Source: Verrucomicrobiia bacterium (GTDB lineage Bacteria; Chloroflexota; Dormibacteria; Aeolococcales; Bog-877). Taken from it: 64,000 bases of DNA. Shown piece after piece: positions 36,153 through 46,328 of this stretch (the stretch's first letter is position 1; each line of letters starts with the position of its first letter). The translations under genes were made by a program, and so were the position numbers. The notes beneath the pieces are model-generated. The model did no database searches, was not told where the DNA came from, and saw only the letters and a program-made list of their open reading frames with translations. The stretch covers positions 3,233-67,232 of the forward strand of contig DATKRN010000069.1 of assembly GCA_035532155.1 (NCBI GenBank). Direction: 5' to 3'.

Positions 36153-38540
36153 GTGGGGGGCACGCGCTGGATCATCGGCCGTGGGTGCTCGGGGGCACTG
36201 GCCGTGCTTGCGGTCGTCCTGGTCGCCTCCCCCGCCGCGGCTGCCGGACCGGTCAGCGGGACCGTCCACTGGCGCGCGGGCGCGATCGCCACCGGCAACG
36301 ACATCTCCTACCCCCAGTGCGGGACCGCCTTCCCCACCGGCGCGCAGTTCGGGATCGTGGGGGTCAACGACGGCCTCGCCAACACCCTCAACCCCTGCCT
36401 GGGGCTCCCGGCCGCCAACCCGACGCCGGCCGCCAGCGAGCTGGCCTGGGCCGTCTCCACCAGCGCGTCCGGGGCCGGCCAGCCGGCCGCCAGCCTGTAC
36501 GTCAACACGGCGGACCCCGGCAATGTCGTCCAGGGAACCCCGATCGCGGACTGGCCGCGATCGGGCACGACGCCGGACGGGCTCTGCGCGCCACTGACGG
36601 GGACGGCCATGGGGCAGGATTCAATGGCCTGCGCCTGGGAGTACGGCTATCGCAAGGCGGCCCAGGACGCGCTGTGGTTGACCGCCGCGGCGATCGCGGT
36701 CGATCGGGCGGGACCGCCGATCCCGGTCCCCAGCGCGCCATCCGCCTACCCCTGGTGGCTGGATGTCGAGACCGCCAACAGCTGGTTGACCCAACCCTCC
36801 GGCCTGGCCATGAATGTGGCCGATCTTCTGGGGATGGTGGCGGCTCTGCGGCAGGCGGGTGCCACCCAGGTCGGGCTGTATTCGACCGCAGGTCAGTGGG
36901 CCGAGATCACCGGCGGCGACAGCCCCGCTCTCGGGTCGCTCAACGGCCTGCCGGAGTGGGTGCCGGGGGCGAGCACGGTGGCCGGCGCGGTGTCTGCCTG
37001 CGCCGCCCCACCCTTCGCGGCGGGGCCAGTGGATCTCGCCGAGTGGCAGGGCCAGCCGGTCGACGGAGATGTGCTCTGCCCCCTGGGTGCCCCCACCCAG
37101 CTCGCGGCGGTTCCCCAGAGCGGGCAGGCTCAGCTCAGCTGGACCGCTCCGGCAGCCGGCGGCAGCCCGCTCACCGCCTACACCGTGGCCGTCACCGACA
37201 CCACCACGGGGACGGCGCTGCCGCCGGTCACGCTCTCGGGAAGTCCTCCGCCCACGACGGCGACCATCACCCATTTGGTGTCCGGGGACACCTACAGCCT
37301 GGAGGCGACCGCGAGCACCGCCCAGGGGACCGGGCCCGCCTCCGCCCCGCTGGCCGTGACGGAGCCTGCCCCGTTCCACCCGCTGGCGCCGATGCGCCTG
37401 TGTGACACCCGACCGGCGGCGACCCCCGTCACGGCCTGCACCGGGCATGACCTGGGGCCGGGCGCTGTGCTCACCGTGCCCGTCGCGGGGGTGGTGCCTG
37501 CCGGGTCGACCGCCGCCCCCGTCCCGCTGGGGGCGACCGCGGCCGTCCTCAACCTGACCGCGACCGACACCACCCGCGCCTCGGCCCTGACCGTCTGGCC
37601 CGCCGGGGCTCCCCGCCCGCGTGCCCCCGCCCTCAGCTGGACGGCGGGGGCGACGGTCGCCGAGCTCGTCACCGTGCCGCTGGGGCTGACCGGGGCGGTC
37701 GACCTCTTCAACCGGCGAGGTGCGGCGGCGGTGGTGGTGGACGTGGAGGGGTACTACGGCCCCGCCAGCCCAGCCTCTCTGGGACTCGGCCTCACCCCCG
37801 TGGAGCCCACGCGTCTGTGCGACACGCGCATCGGGGCACCCGAGGCCGGCCCGTGCGCGGGGCATTGGCTGGGTCCCGCCTCCACCCTCGCCGTGGCGGT
37901 GACGGGCGGCGTGGTCCCGGCCGGGGCGGCCGCCGCGGTCCTCACCGTGACCGTGACCGACACCACCGCCTCCTCCGTCCTCACGGTGTGGCCGGCGGGG
38001 TCGGCGCGCCCGCTCGCCTCGACGCTCAACTGGGCTGCAGGCGCCACCCGGTCGAATCGCGTGATCGTGCCGCTCTCGACGGCGGGAGCGATCGACCTCT
38101 ACAACGCCCACGGCTCGGCCGCCGTGGTGATCGACGTGGCGGGGTATTTCGGGAGCGCTGGGACCGGTCTCTTCGAGCCGGTCGCGCCGCTCGCCGGCTG
38201 CGCCACCGCGGCGGCCGGGAGTCCCGTGACGGTGTGCAGCAGCCGGTCGCTGGTGGCGGGGAGGGCGCTCACCTTCCCGCTGGCCGGGAGCGGCGGGGTC
38301 CCCGCCTCGGCCGCCGCGGCCCTCGTCACCGTGATCGTGACCGCCCCCACCGCCGCGTCGTACCTCACCGCGTATCCGGCGGGGACCCCGCGGCCGCTTG
38401 CGTCGGACGCCAACGTCACGGCCGGGGAGGTGCAGATCTCCCAGATCGTGGTGGGCCTGGGGACCGGCGGCGCGATCAGCCTGACCTTGGCCGCGGGCGC
38501 GGCCGAGGTGGAGGTCGTCGTGACGGGGTGGTTCACCTGA
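36153..38540 (+). CDS. Secreted multidomain protein: N-terminal glycoside-hydrolase-like (Rv2525c/DUF1906-like) domain, a fibronectin-III domain, then three tandem ~115-aa beta-sandwich repeats
   Basis: Signal peptide. FN3-like region (PTQLAAVPQSGQAQLSWTAP..YSLEATAS). Three repeats, each with P-x-R-LCDTR ... LTVWPAGxxRPxAS-LN ... VDV-GY. Confidence 0.7.
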   Translation: MGGTRWIIGRGCSGALAVLAVVLVASPAAAAGPVSGTVHWRAGAIATGNDISYPQCGTAFPTGAQFGIVGVNDGLANTLNPCLGLPAANPTPAASELAWAVSTSASGAGQPAASLYVNTADPGNVVQGTPIADWPRSGTTPDGLCAPLTGTAMGQDSMACAWEYGYRKAAQDALWLTAAAIAVDRAGPPIPVPSAPSAYPWWLDVETANSWLTQPSGLAMNVADLLGMVAALRQAGATQVGLYSTAGQWAEITGGDSPALGSLNGLPEWVPGASTVAGAVSACAAPPFAAGPVDLAEWQGQPVDGDVLCPLGAPTQLAAVPQSGQAQLSWTAPAAGGSPLTAYTVAVTDTTTGTALPPVTLSGSPPPTTATITHLVSGDTYSLEATASTAQGTGPASAPLAVTEPAPFHPLAPMRLCDTRPAATPVTACTGHDLGPGAVLTVPVAGVVPAGSTAAPVPLGATAAVLNLTATDTTRASALTVWPAGAPRPRAPALSWTAGATVAELVTVPLGLTGAVDLFNRRGAAAVVVDVEGYYGPASPASLGLGLTPVEPTRLCDTRIGAPEAGPCAGHWLGPASTLAVAVTGGVVPAGAAAAVLTVTVTDTTASSVLTVWPAGSARPLASTLNWAAGATRSNRVIVPLSTAGAIDLYNAHGSAAVVIDVAGYFGSAGTGLFEPVAPLAGCATAAAGSPVTVCSSRSLVAGRALTFPLAGSGGVPASAAAALVTVIVTAPTAASYLTAYPAGTPRPLASDANVTAGEVQISQIVVGLGTGGAISLTLAAGAAEVEVVVTGWFT

Positions 38541-38748
38541 CCCTGCCCGGGGCGCCGGGGGATGGGGGTCAGCAGACCCTCGGCGAGGCGGCCATCGGGG
38601 ATGCGGGGGGGCGCTCGCGCGGGGCATCGGCGACGGCTTCGGTCGGTCGCGTGGGGTGGGGGCCGACGGAGAGTTGATCGAGCCGGGCGTGCTCCGCATC
38701 TCGCATCGTGATGCATGGCACGGGTCACCAGAGCGGTACCATGACGTC

Positions 38749-38979
38749 ATGCGCACGACGGTCGTGCTCGACGAGGATGTTGCCGCCGCGGTGGAGAGCC
38801 TCCGCCGCGAGCAGTCGCTGGGCCTCAGCACAGCCATCAATCAGCTGGTCCGGGCCGGCCTCGTCCGGCGGCCGCCCCATCCGCGCCGGACGCTCCCGCA
38901 TCGACCTCTGGGGGCACGCCTCGACCTCGCCAACGTCGCCGAGGCGCTCGAACTCGTCGAGGGGACGGGCGCGCGCTGA
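38749..38979 (+). CDS. vapB: VapB-type antitoxin (RHH/CopG-like)
   Basis: MRTTVVLDEDVAAAVESLRREQSL. The stop overlaps the vapC start (ATGA). Confidence 0.65.
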   Translation: MRTTVVLDEDVAAAVESLRREQSLGLSTAINQLVRAGLVRRPPHPRRTLPHRPLGARLDLANVAEALELVEGTGAR

Positions 38980-39410
38980 TGCTGGTCGACGCCAACCTGC
39001 TCCTGTATGCCGTCGACGAGGCCAGTCCCTTCCACCGCCGCTCGGCTGGGTGGCTCCAGTCCGTCCTCGACGGCCCGCGCCGGGTCGGCTTCCCCTGGGC
39101 GGTGCTCTCCGCCGTGGTGCGTCTCAGCACGCATCCGCGTGCCTTCGAAACCCCGCTCAGCCCCGATGCCGCGGTGGATTACGTGGACCACCTGCTGGGA
39201 TATGAGGCGGCCTGGGTGCCGCAGCCGACGGAGCGCCACGCCGCCGTGCTCGGCGCTCTGGTCCGCCGTCACCAGCTGCGCGGCAACCTTGTCAGCGATG
39301 CGGACCTGGCAGCCCTCGCCGTCGAGCACGGCTGCACCGTCTGCTCCGCCGACACGGACTTCGCCCGCTTCGACGAGGTGCGCTGGCTCAACCCGCTTGC
39401 CGGGCGGTGA
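38979..39410 (+). CDS. vapC: VapC PIN-domain toxin
   Basis: MLVDANLLLYAVDE... PIN acidic residues (D4, E, D at DADLAALA..). 143 aa. Confidence 0.8.
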   Translation: MLVDANLLLYAVDEASPFHRRSAGWLQSVLDGPRRVGFPWAVLSAVVRLSTHPRAFETPLSPDAAVDYVDHLLGYEAAWVPQPTERHAAVLGALVRRHQLRGNLVSDADLAALAVEHGCTVCSADTDFARFDEVRWLNPLAGR

Positions 39411-39418
39411 GCGCAGGC

Positions 39419-40627
39419 TCAGCCCGGCCTGGCCTCCCCGGGCGGGTCCACCGGCTCGGGCGGGTGCACCCGCCCCAGAAGGTAGCCGCGAGCGATCATG
39501 GTGTCGAACTGGTAGACGGTGCTCTCCCGCCCCGCCAGCGGGCCGGGCCGGAACCCCCGTGAGCTGACCCCGCGCTGGACCGCCTCGCAGGCGTCCCAAT
39601 CCTCACGGTTGGTGATGTCCCAGAACTCGGCGGCGTAGGTGGGGCTGAAGCCCTGAGTCGCGATCGCCTCGGGCGCGAACAGCCACTCGCACTCGATCCG
39701 GCTGCGGCCGGGCCCCAGCGGCTCCAGCCGGTGGGTCATGACGTAGTCGGGATGGAGCGAGATCAGCAAGTTGGGGAAGACCCCGAAGTAGTGCACCTCC
39801 CGCAGCCGCTGGGGGTCGAGCCGAGGCAGCGGCCGTCCCAGGCTGCGCCCATCCAGCGACATGGTCTCGGCGTGGTCCATCAGCAGCATCGGGCCGCCCG
39901 CGAACATCCCCTGGGCCACCAGGTCGCGACTGCTGTCCGGCGGCGAGACCCGGCAGAGCTCGGGATGGATGCTGGGGCAGTGGTAGCACTCGTGATAGTT
40001 CTCGACGATCAGCTTCCAGTTCGCCGCCACCTCGTAGTCGTGGCGCTCGGCCACCACCAGCCGCTCCGGTTCCCAGTCCTGGACCAGCTCTCCGAGGTTG
40101 CCCAGGTACTGGTCGAGCGGCTCCGCGTGGCCGTCGGGGTTGACGAAGATCCAGCCGTGCCACTCCTGCATGCGGATCGGAACCAGGCCAAATTGGCCGG
40201 GGTCAAAGTCGCGCCCGCCGTCGAAGCGCGGAGCGGCCCGGAGCGAGCCGTCGAGGCCGTAGGCCCAGGCGTGATACGGGCACTTGATGGCGCGCTTGCG
40301 GACCTCGGCGCCCACCGGCAGCAGCTCGTGCCCGCGATGCCGGCAGACGTCGAAGAAGGCATGCAGCTGACCGTCGGCGTCGCGCGTCAGCAGCACCTGC
40401 TCGGTGCCGGCCCGGACCGCCCGCTGGCTGCCGGACGCAATCGCCTGCGAGCGGCCGACCACCACCCAGGTGGCGTCGAAGAAGTGCTCCAGCTCCCACG
40501 CCGCCACCCCGGGGTCGATGTAGGCGGCGCGCGGGAGGATGTGCGCCTGACCCAGCGGCGCCAGCGTCCGCGCCAGCTCCGCGGGGTCGACGGGGGCGCG
40601 GGAGGGTGAGCTCACGGTGCCAGCCAT
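39419..40627 (-). CDS. Rieske [2Fe-2S] non-heme iron oxygenase, alpha subunit (GbcA/carnitine-monooxygenase-like)
   Basis: Rieske CRHRGHEL...CPYHAW. Mononuclear Fe motif NYHECYHCPSIHPEL. Confidence 0.85.
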   Translation of the reverse strand: MAGTVSSPSRAPVDPAELARTLAPLGQAHILPRAAYIDPGVAAWELEHFFDATWVVVGRSQAIASGSQRAVRAGTEQVLLTRDADGQLHAFFDVCRHRGHELLPVGAEVRKRAIKCPYHAWAYGLDGSLRAAPRFDGGRDFDPGQFGLVPIRMQEWHGWIFVNPDGHAEPLDQYLGNLGELVQDWEPERLVVAERHDYEVAANWKLIVENYHECYHCPSIHPELCRVSPPDSSRDLVAQGMFAGGPMLLMDHAETMSLDGRSLGRPLPRLDPQRLREVHYFGVFPNLLISLHPDYVMTHRLEPLGPGRSRIECEWLFAPEAIATQGFSPTYAAEFWDITNREDWDACEAVQRGVSSRGFRPGPLAGRESTVYQFDTMIARGYLLGRVHPPEPVDPPGEARPG

Positions 40628-40670
40628 GCCAAGCCTCCTATCTGGAACGGCGGTTCAGTATAGGCCAGGG

Positions 40671-41720
40671 TCACCCGTGGGGGACCCGCGCCACCGCCCG
40701 CGGGTCGCGGTCGACCACGCAGCAGCCGTCGGGACACCAGCCGTCGGGCCAGGGGCCCTCGCCTGACTCCGCCAGCCGGGGGGCGTTGTCGCAGCGCTCG
40801 GCCAGCAGCGCCCGCACCACCCCGGCCAGTTCGACCCCGGGGGTGGCCGCCCGCGCCAGCGGGAGGCCGAGCTCGTCCGCCAGCTGGCGCGCCTCGACAT
40901 CCAGGTCGTAGCGCACCTCCACGTGGTCGCTGACGAACCCCAGCGGCACCAGCACCACCGCGGGCACGCCCTGCTGCTGCAGCTGGCGGAGGTGGTCGAG
41001 CACGTCCGGCTCCAGCCAGCGCTGCTGGGGCGGCCCGCTGCGGCTCTGCCAGACCAGGTCGACCGGACCCTCCGCTCCCAGCCGGTCGGCGACCAGCCGG
41101 GCGGCGATGCGCAGCTGGTCCTGGTAGGCGCCCCCGGCGGGACCCGCTGCCCGGGCCATCGCCAGTGGGACCGAGTGCGCCGTGAAGACCAGCCGCGCGC
41201 CCGATCGCACCGGCTCCGGCAGCGTCGCCCGGGCGGCCCGCGCGGCCCGGGCGAACGCCTCCAGGAACAGGGGGTGGTCGTACGGGTGGCGCAATCGGCT
41301 GATGACCGGAGCCCGTGGGCCCACCGCCGCCCGGGCTCGGGTGATGTCCTCCAGGTACTGCCGGCACGACGAGTAGCCGGCGAAGGCGGCGGTGATGAAC
41401 GCCGCCGCGTGGCGGATCCCGGCGTTTGCCATCTCGGCGACGGCGTCGGCCAGCAGGGGTGCCCAGTTCCGGTTGCCCCAATAGACCGGAAGGCGGGGCC
41501 CGTCGCGGTCGAGCTGGTCCCTGATGGCGGCCAGCAGCTGGCGATTCTGGTCGTTGATCGGACTGCGGCCCCCCAGCTGCTGATAGTGTTCTGCGACCGC
41601 CTGCAGCCGCTCCCGGGGGACTGGGCGACCCCGGGTCACGTTCTCCAGGAAGGGGAGGACGTCGTCTGGCCCCTCGGGCCCTCCGAATGAGACCAGCAGC
41701 AGCGCCTCGGGCCGGCTCAT
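40671..41720 (-). CDS. hemH: Ferrochelatase (actinobacterial CpfC-type with C-terminal Cys cluster)
   Basis: Start MSRPEALLLVSFGGPEG (internal ATG of the track ORF). The C-terminal extension ERC...WCPDGCC matches the [2Fe-2S] extension seen in actinobacterial coproporphyrin ferrochelatases. Confidence 0.85.
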   Translation of the reverse strand: MSRPEALLLVSFGGPEGPDDVLPFLENVTRGRPVPRERLQAVAEHYQQLGGRSPINDQNRQLLAAIRDQLDRDGPRLPVYWGNRNWAPLLADAVAEMANAGIRHAAAFITAAFAGYSSCRQYLEDITRARAAVGPRAPVISRLRHPYDHPLFLEAFARAARAARATLPEPVRSGARLVFTAHSVPLAMARAAGPAGGAYQDQLRIAARLVADRLGAEGPVDLVWQSRSGPPQQRWLEPDVLDHLRQLQQQGVPAVVLVPLGFVSDHVEVRYDLDVEARQLADELGLPLARAATPGVELAGVVRALLAERCDNAPRLAESGEGPWPDGWCPDGCCVVDRDPRAVARVPHG

Positions 41721-41883
41721 GCCGGCCGGCGGGCGATCACCCGCCCGGTGCCGCCCGGTGGTCGCCGAGCAGGCCCCGGGTCGGCGCCGCGCGCCGTCGC
41801 CGCCGGCCCCGCTCGCTGCGGGCGGGCTCGCGGGCACGGGACGGCGCGCGCTGCCCTCCCGCCTGTCCGGCGCCCGGGCCGCG

Positions 41884-42801
41884 TCAGGGCGGAGGGGGAG
41901 GCAGCGATGACGCGGCCCGCCCGGCCCGCCGCGCGGGAGCCGGACTCGGTCGCGGCGCCCGGGCCCGAGCCGGGACGCGGCGCGACCCGGAGGCGAGCGC
42001 GGCCCGGACGTGGAGCGCCGCTCCCACGATCCCGGCCTCGTTCTGGAGCTGGGCCGGCACCACCTCCCCCTGCGCGTGCAGCCGGGGCAGGAACCGGTCG
42101 GAGCGGGCGCTGATGCCGCCGCCCACGATGACCAGCTCGGGATTCAGCAGCGCCTCCACCCGCTCCAGGTACTCGTCCAGACGTTTGGCCCACGCCCTCC
42201 AGCTGAGGTGGCGCTCGTCTCTCACCCGGGCCGATGCACGCCGCTCAGCATCCCGCCCGCGGATCTCGATGTGGCCGAACTCGGTGTTGGGGACCAGCTG
42301 TCCGTCCATGAACAAGGCGGTCCCGATGCCGGTGCCGAGCGTGATCATGAGCACCACCCCGCTGCGTCCGCGGCCGGCTCCGAATGCCATCTCCGCCAGG
42401 CCGGCGGCGTCGGCGTCGTTGATGACGGTGACGGAGCGGCCGGTGGCGTGCCCCAACAGCCGGTGGGCGTCGATCCCGACCCAGGCAGGATCGAGATTGG
42501 CCGCACTCCGGATCACACCCCGCATCACCACCCCCGGGAAGGTGCAGCCGATGTGGTGGCTGCCGCCGAAGTGCCGGCTGATGCTGGCCACCACCTCAGC
42601 GAGCGCCTCCGGCCGCGAGGGCATCGGGGTCGCGATATGCACCCGCTCGGCCAAGAGGCGGCCGTTGGCGGTGTCCACTGGCGCGCCCTTGATCCCGGAC
42701 CCGCCGATATCGATGCCGAGGAACTGATCCACCTGCGCCCTCCGCCCCGGTCGGTCGCGGCCGCTCGCGGCCCGAGCCCGGATGTCGTCAGCGCCCATCA
42801 T
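41884..42801 (-). CDS. ROK-family sugar kinase (polyphosphate/ATP glucokinase-like)
   Basis: [16 protein letters not shown]-terminal ATP motif, ROK signature region. Start ambiguous: ATG at 42801 or GTG at about 42732. Confidence 0.75.
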   Translation of the reverse strand: MMGADDIRARAASGRDRPGRRAQVDQFLGIDIGGSGIKGAPVDTANGRLLAERVHIATPMPSRPEALAEVVASISRHFGGSHHIGCTFPGVVMRGVIRSAANLDPAWVGIDAHRLLGHATGRSVTVINDADAAGLAEMAFGAGRGRSGVVLMITLGTGIGTALFMDGQLVPNTEFGHIEIRGRDAERRASARVRDERHLSWRAWAKRLDEYLERVEALLNPELVIVGGGISARSDRFLPRLHAQGEVVPAQLQNEAGIVGAALHVRAALASGSRRVPARARAPRPSPAPARRAGRAASSLPPPPP

Positions 42802-43747
42802 GACGCCGAGGGGCGAGGCCGCGGGGGACCGCGGCCGGCCCGGGCGCCCGGCGCGGGACCACCACCACGGCGAGGGTGATCTGTCCCTGGCGCCGCGCCT
42901 CCCGCGCCGTCGTGCGCAGCACCTGGGCGGCGAGCGGCGAGATCGACTCGGCCCAGACCTCGAAGCCGCGGTTGAGGACGGCGACTGACGGGGTGCGGGC
43001 CAGCGCCTCACGGAAGAGCCGCGCCACCGCTTCCGGCAGCGGGTCCCGGACCTGCGAGCGCACCCAGGCGACCGCGAGGTCGTCGGCGGCAGCCGAGTGA
43101 GGCTCCTCGGCGACCAGCGCCAGGATCCGAGTCGCCAGCTGATGCATCCGCTCGAACAGGACCACGTGGTCGGGGACCTGAACCAGTCGCTCCAGGAGGT
43201 CGGTGACCGCCGCGGGCAGCACCATCTGGCCGAACAGCTCGGGCACCGGCAGGCCCCAGTCGCCCCCCAACAACAGCCGGTACGCGTCGGCCGCCCCGTC
43301 CGAGAGGGGAGCGGCGAGCCGCCCGAAGATCCCGAGGCTCTCGCGGTGAGCGGAGGCGACCCGGGCCACCATCCGGTCCGGGGGGAGGTCGGGGTCGCGC
43401 AGGGCGGTGTCGACCGCGGCCAGCAGGCGGTCGAGGCGCTGGCGCTCCCGCGCCAGGGTGTCGCGGTGGCGGCCGAGCGCGTCGCGCAGCCCGTCCGGAC
43501 CGGGACGGAGCGAGGCAGCGATCTCATCCAGGCCCATCCCGAGGCTGCGCAGCAGGTCGATGTGGAGGAGCCGGAGCACGTCCTGGGCGGCGAAGTGACG
43601 GTAGCCGCTCTCGGCGTGAGCCAGCCGCACCAGCCCGCGCTGCTCGTAGTGGCGGATCCGGCCCGGGGTGATCCCGGTGAGGGCGGCCACCTGGCCGATC
43701 GTGAGGGGGGAGGGGGCGGTCGCGCGCCCCCCGGGAGGGTCGACCAC
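42788..43747 (-). CDS. MerR-family transcriptional regulator with long C-terminal effector domain
   Basis: [32 protein letters not shown] start about 16 aa before the HTH. Divergent from hpnH. Confidence 0.7.
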   Translation of the reverse strand: MVDPPGGRATAPSPLTIGQVAALTGITPGRIRHYEQRGLVRLAHAESGYRHFAAQDVLRLLHIDLLRSLGMGLDEIAASLRPGPDGLRDALGRHRDTLARERQRLDRLLAAVDTALRDPDLPPDRMVARVASAHRESLGIFGRLAAPLSDGAADAYRLLLGGDWGLPVPELFGQMVLPAAVTDLLERLVQVPDHVVLFERMHQLATRILALVAEEPHSAAADDLAVAWVRSQVRDPLPEAVARLFREALARTPSVAVLNRGFEVWAESISPLAAQVLRTTAREARRQGQITLAVVVVPRRAPGPAAVPRGLAPRRHDGR

Positions 43748-43772
43748 GAGCTTGACTCTCCGATGATGAGAA
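43742..43772 (+). promoter_or_regulatory. Candidate MerR-type promoter: TTGACT -19 bp- GATTAT in the merR/hpnH intergenic region
   Basis: Read directly. The 19-bp spacer is the hallmark of MerR-activated promoters. Sits in a locally AT-richer patch about 60 nt upstream of the hpnH ATG. Confidence 0.35.
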
Positions 43773-43831
43773 GGTTGATTATGGTGCCACAACGATCCGC
43801 TGCCGTCCGCCCCGGTCCCGCGAGGTGCCCG

Positions 43832-44836
43832 ATGTCCATCCCCCTGCGCCAGAAGCTCAAGGTCGGAGCCTACGTCGCCCGCCAGCGGCTGCGACGCAAC
43901 GACAAGTTCGCCCTGGTGCTCCAGCTGGAGCCCCTCTACCAGTGCAACCTTGAGTGCGCCGGATGCGGCAAGATCCAGCATCCCGACGACATCCTGCGGC
44001 GACGGCTCTCGGTGCAGCAGTGCATCGACGCGGTCGAGGAGTGCCACGCCCCGGTGGTGTCGATCGCGGGCGGTGAGCCCCTGGTGCACAAGGAGATCGA
44101 TCAGATCACCCAGGCGCTGGTGGAGCGCAAGCGCTTCGTGTACCTGTGCTCCAACGCCGTCCTGCTCGAGAAGAAGCTCGACCTCTTCACCCCCAACCCC
44201 TACTTCGCCTGGTCGATCCACCTCGACGGCCTGCGCGAGCGTCACGACCAGTCGGTGTGCCGGTCAGGGGTCTTCGACAAGGCGGTCGCGGCGGTGCGGG
44301 AGGCCAAGCGGCGCGGGTTTCGGGTGACCACCAACACCACCTTCTTCACCCAGGACAACGCCACCACCGTGCGCGAGGTGCTGGACTTCCTCAACGACGA
44401 TCTCCAGGTCGACAACATGCAGATCTCGCCCGGCTACGCCTACGAGAAGGCTCCCGACCAGGATCACTTCCTGCAGGTCGAACGCACCCGCGAGGTCTTC
44501 CGCGAGGCCTTCGCCGAGGGCCGCCGCAAGCGCTGGCGCCTCAACCACTCGCCGCTCTTCTTGGACTTCCTGGAGGGCAAGGTTGACTTCAGCTGCACCG
44601 CCTGGGCGATCCCGTCGTACTCGGTGCTGGGCTGGCAGCGACCCTGCTACCTGCTCGGCGAGGGTTACGCCACCAGCTACCGCGACCTCCTCGAGACCAC
44701 CGAGTGGAGCCAGTACGGCCGCGGCCGCAACCCCAAGTGCGCCAACTGCATGGCCCACTGCGGCTACGAGCCGACCGCGGTGGTGGCCACCACCCACTCC
44801 CTCAAGGAGTCACTGCGGGCCGCGCTCGCCAGTTGA
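43832..44836 (+). CDS. hpnH: Radical SAM adenosyl-hopene transferase HpnH
   Basis: [80 protein letters not shown]... Near-collinear with HpnH as I recall it. Confidence 0.85.
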   Translation: MSIPLRQKLKVGAYVARQRLRRNDKFALVLQLEPLYQCNLECAGCGKIQHPDDILRRRLSVQQCIDAVEECHAPVVSIAGGEPLVHKEIDQITQALVERKRFVYLCSNAVLLEKKLDLFTPNPYFAWSIHLDGLRERHDQSVCRSGVFDKAVAAVREAKRRGFRVTTNTTFFTQDNATTVREVLDFLNDDLQVDNMQISPGYAYEKAPDQDHFLQVERTREVFREAFAEGRRKRWRLNHSPLFLDFLEGKVDFSCTAWAIPSYSVLGWQRPCYLLGEGYATSYRDLLETTEWSQYGRGRNPKCANCMAHCGYEPTAVVATTHSLKESLRAALAS

Positions 44837-45274
44837 CCCGGGTGGGCCCGGAGGGCGCTCTCGTCGGGGGGGTGCCCCCGGCCAGGGGCGAGGTCGTCCG
44901 GGTGACGGTCCCGGCCGGGAGGGCGGCGGCGGTGGCTCGGCCGGATCTGGGCCGCGCTCGCGCCCGGCGCCCGTGTCGCCGCCCCCGCCGAGACCCGTGA
45001 GCACGTGGGGCGGCTCGATGGTGCCGCCCGCCCCGCCGGCGGCGGCCTCTGGGGCACCCTCGAGCCGCGGGGCGAGTCCAGGCCCGGGACCCGCCCGGGC
45101 GGGTCCCGGGGGATGGCGCCGGTGGGATCTCAGCCTGGCCGAGGGAGTGGAGCGGATCGCCACCGGGGAGCGGGGGGAGGGGCGGGCGCAGCTGGCCTGC
45201 GAGCCGGCGTCCTGGAGATGATCGCGACCCGCCCCGCGGCCGCCTGTGGCCAGGGGCGGGGGTAGACTCGCAGG

Positions 45275-46303
45275 ATGCCGTCGACGGAGTTGCGGGCCGT
45301 TCCCACCGACCGGCTCGGGCGGCGCCTGCGCGACCTGCGGGTCTCGGTCACCGATCGCTGCAACTTTCGCTGCGGCTACTGCATGCCGCGCTCCACCTAC
45401 GGTCCCGGCTTCCGCTTCGCGGCTCGCGCGCAGATCCTCAGCTTCGAGGAGATCACCCGGGTGGTCGCGCTCGCCACCCGCTGCGGGGTGCGCAAGGTGC
45501 GACTCACGGGCGGGGAGCCGCTGCTGCGGCGCGATCTGGCGGGATTGGTGGCGCGGCTCGCCGCCCTGCCCCAGGTGGAGGACCTGGCGCTCACCACCAA
45601 CGGCAGTCTGCTGACGGCTCATGCCCGCGCCTTGCGCCAGGCGGGCCTGTCGCGGGTGACGGTCAGCCTGGACAGTCTGGACGAGCAGGTGTTCCGGCGC
45701 ATGCACGATGTCGAGGTGCCCCTGGCGGCGGTGCTGGCCGGGATCGCGGCGGCCCGGGCGGCGGGACTCGGCCCGGTGAAGCTGAACACGGTCGTGCGCC
45801 GCGGCCTCAATCAGGACGGAATCCTCGATCTCGCCGACTTCGCCCGGAACGAGGGGCACGTCCTGCGCTTCATCGAGTACATGGATGTGGGCCACAGCAA
45901 CGGCTGGCGCCTCGATGAGGTGGTGCCGGCGCAGGAGATCATCGAGCGGATCGCCCAGGTCCACCCGCTCGACCCGCTGCCGCCTCGCACCCCGGGCGAG
46001 GTCGCCCGCCGCTACCGCTACCGGGACGGCGGCGGTGAGGTGGGGGTGATCGCGTCGGTGACGCAGCCCTTCTGCGGAGCCTGCACCCGGGCCCGGCTGA
46101 CCGCGCAGGGGCGCCTGTACACCTGCCTCTTCGCCACCGAGGGCACCGACCTGCGCGCCCCGCTGCGCGCGGGGGCGTCCGACGACGAGATCGTGGCGCG
46201 GCTGGCCGGGGTCTGGCGGGAGCGCACCGACCGGTACTCGGAGCGGCGCACCGCGGCGGGCCCGGACCCCAGTCGGGTGGAGATGTCCACCGTCGGGGGC
46301 TGA
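45275..46303 (+). CDS. moaA: GTP 3',8-cyclase MoaA (molybdenum cofactor biosynthesis)
   Basis: CNFRCGYCMP radical-SAM cluster, C-terminal FCGACTRARLTAQGRLYTC second cluster. 342 aa. Confidence 0.9.
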   Translation: MPSTELRAVPTDRLGRRLRDLRVSVTDRCNFRCGYCMPRSTYGPGFRFAARAQILSFEEITRVVALATRCGVRKVRLTGGEPLLRRDLAGLVARLAALPQVEDLALTTNGSLLTAHARALRQAGLSRVTVSLDSLDEQVFRRMHDVEVPLAAVLAGIAAARAAGLGPVKLNTVVRRGLNQDGILDLADFARNEGHVLRFIEYMDVGHSNGWRLDEVVPAQEIIERIAQVHPLDPLPPRTPGEVARRYRYRDGGGEVGVIASVTQPFCGACTRARLTAQGRLYTCLFATEGTDLRAPLRAGASDDEIVARLAGVWRERTDRYSERRTAAGPDPSRVEMSTVGG

Positions 46304-46328
46304 CCCCGCGGCTGGCGGCCGGGGCCGA

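Noticed and set aside
36621-38840. 739-aa minus-strand ORF antisense to the large secreted repeat protein
   Set aside because: Compositional artefact. The sense frame has a signal peptide, an FN3 domain and structured repeats.
41884-43860. 658-aa minus-strand ORF treated as one gene
   Set aside because: It is really two genes in the same frame: the ROK kinase (C-terminal 305 aa) and, upstream, unrelated sequence antisense to merR. Only the ROK portion is conserved.
44840-45275. Possible Moco riboswitch in the 435-bp gap upstream of moaA
   Set aside because: I cannot recognise the conserved Moco-RNA motif by eye, and such riboswitches are rare in Actinobacteria. Needs an Rfam scan before any claim.
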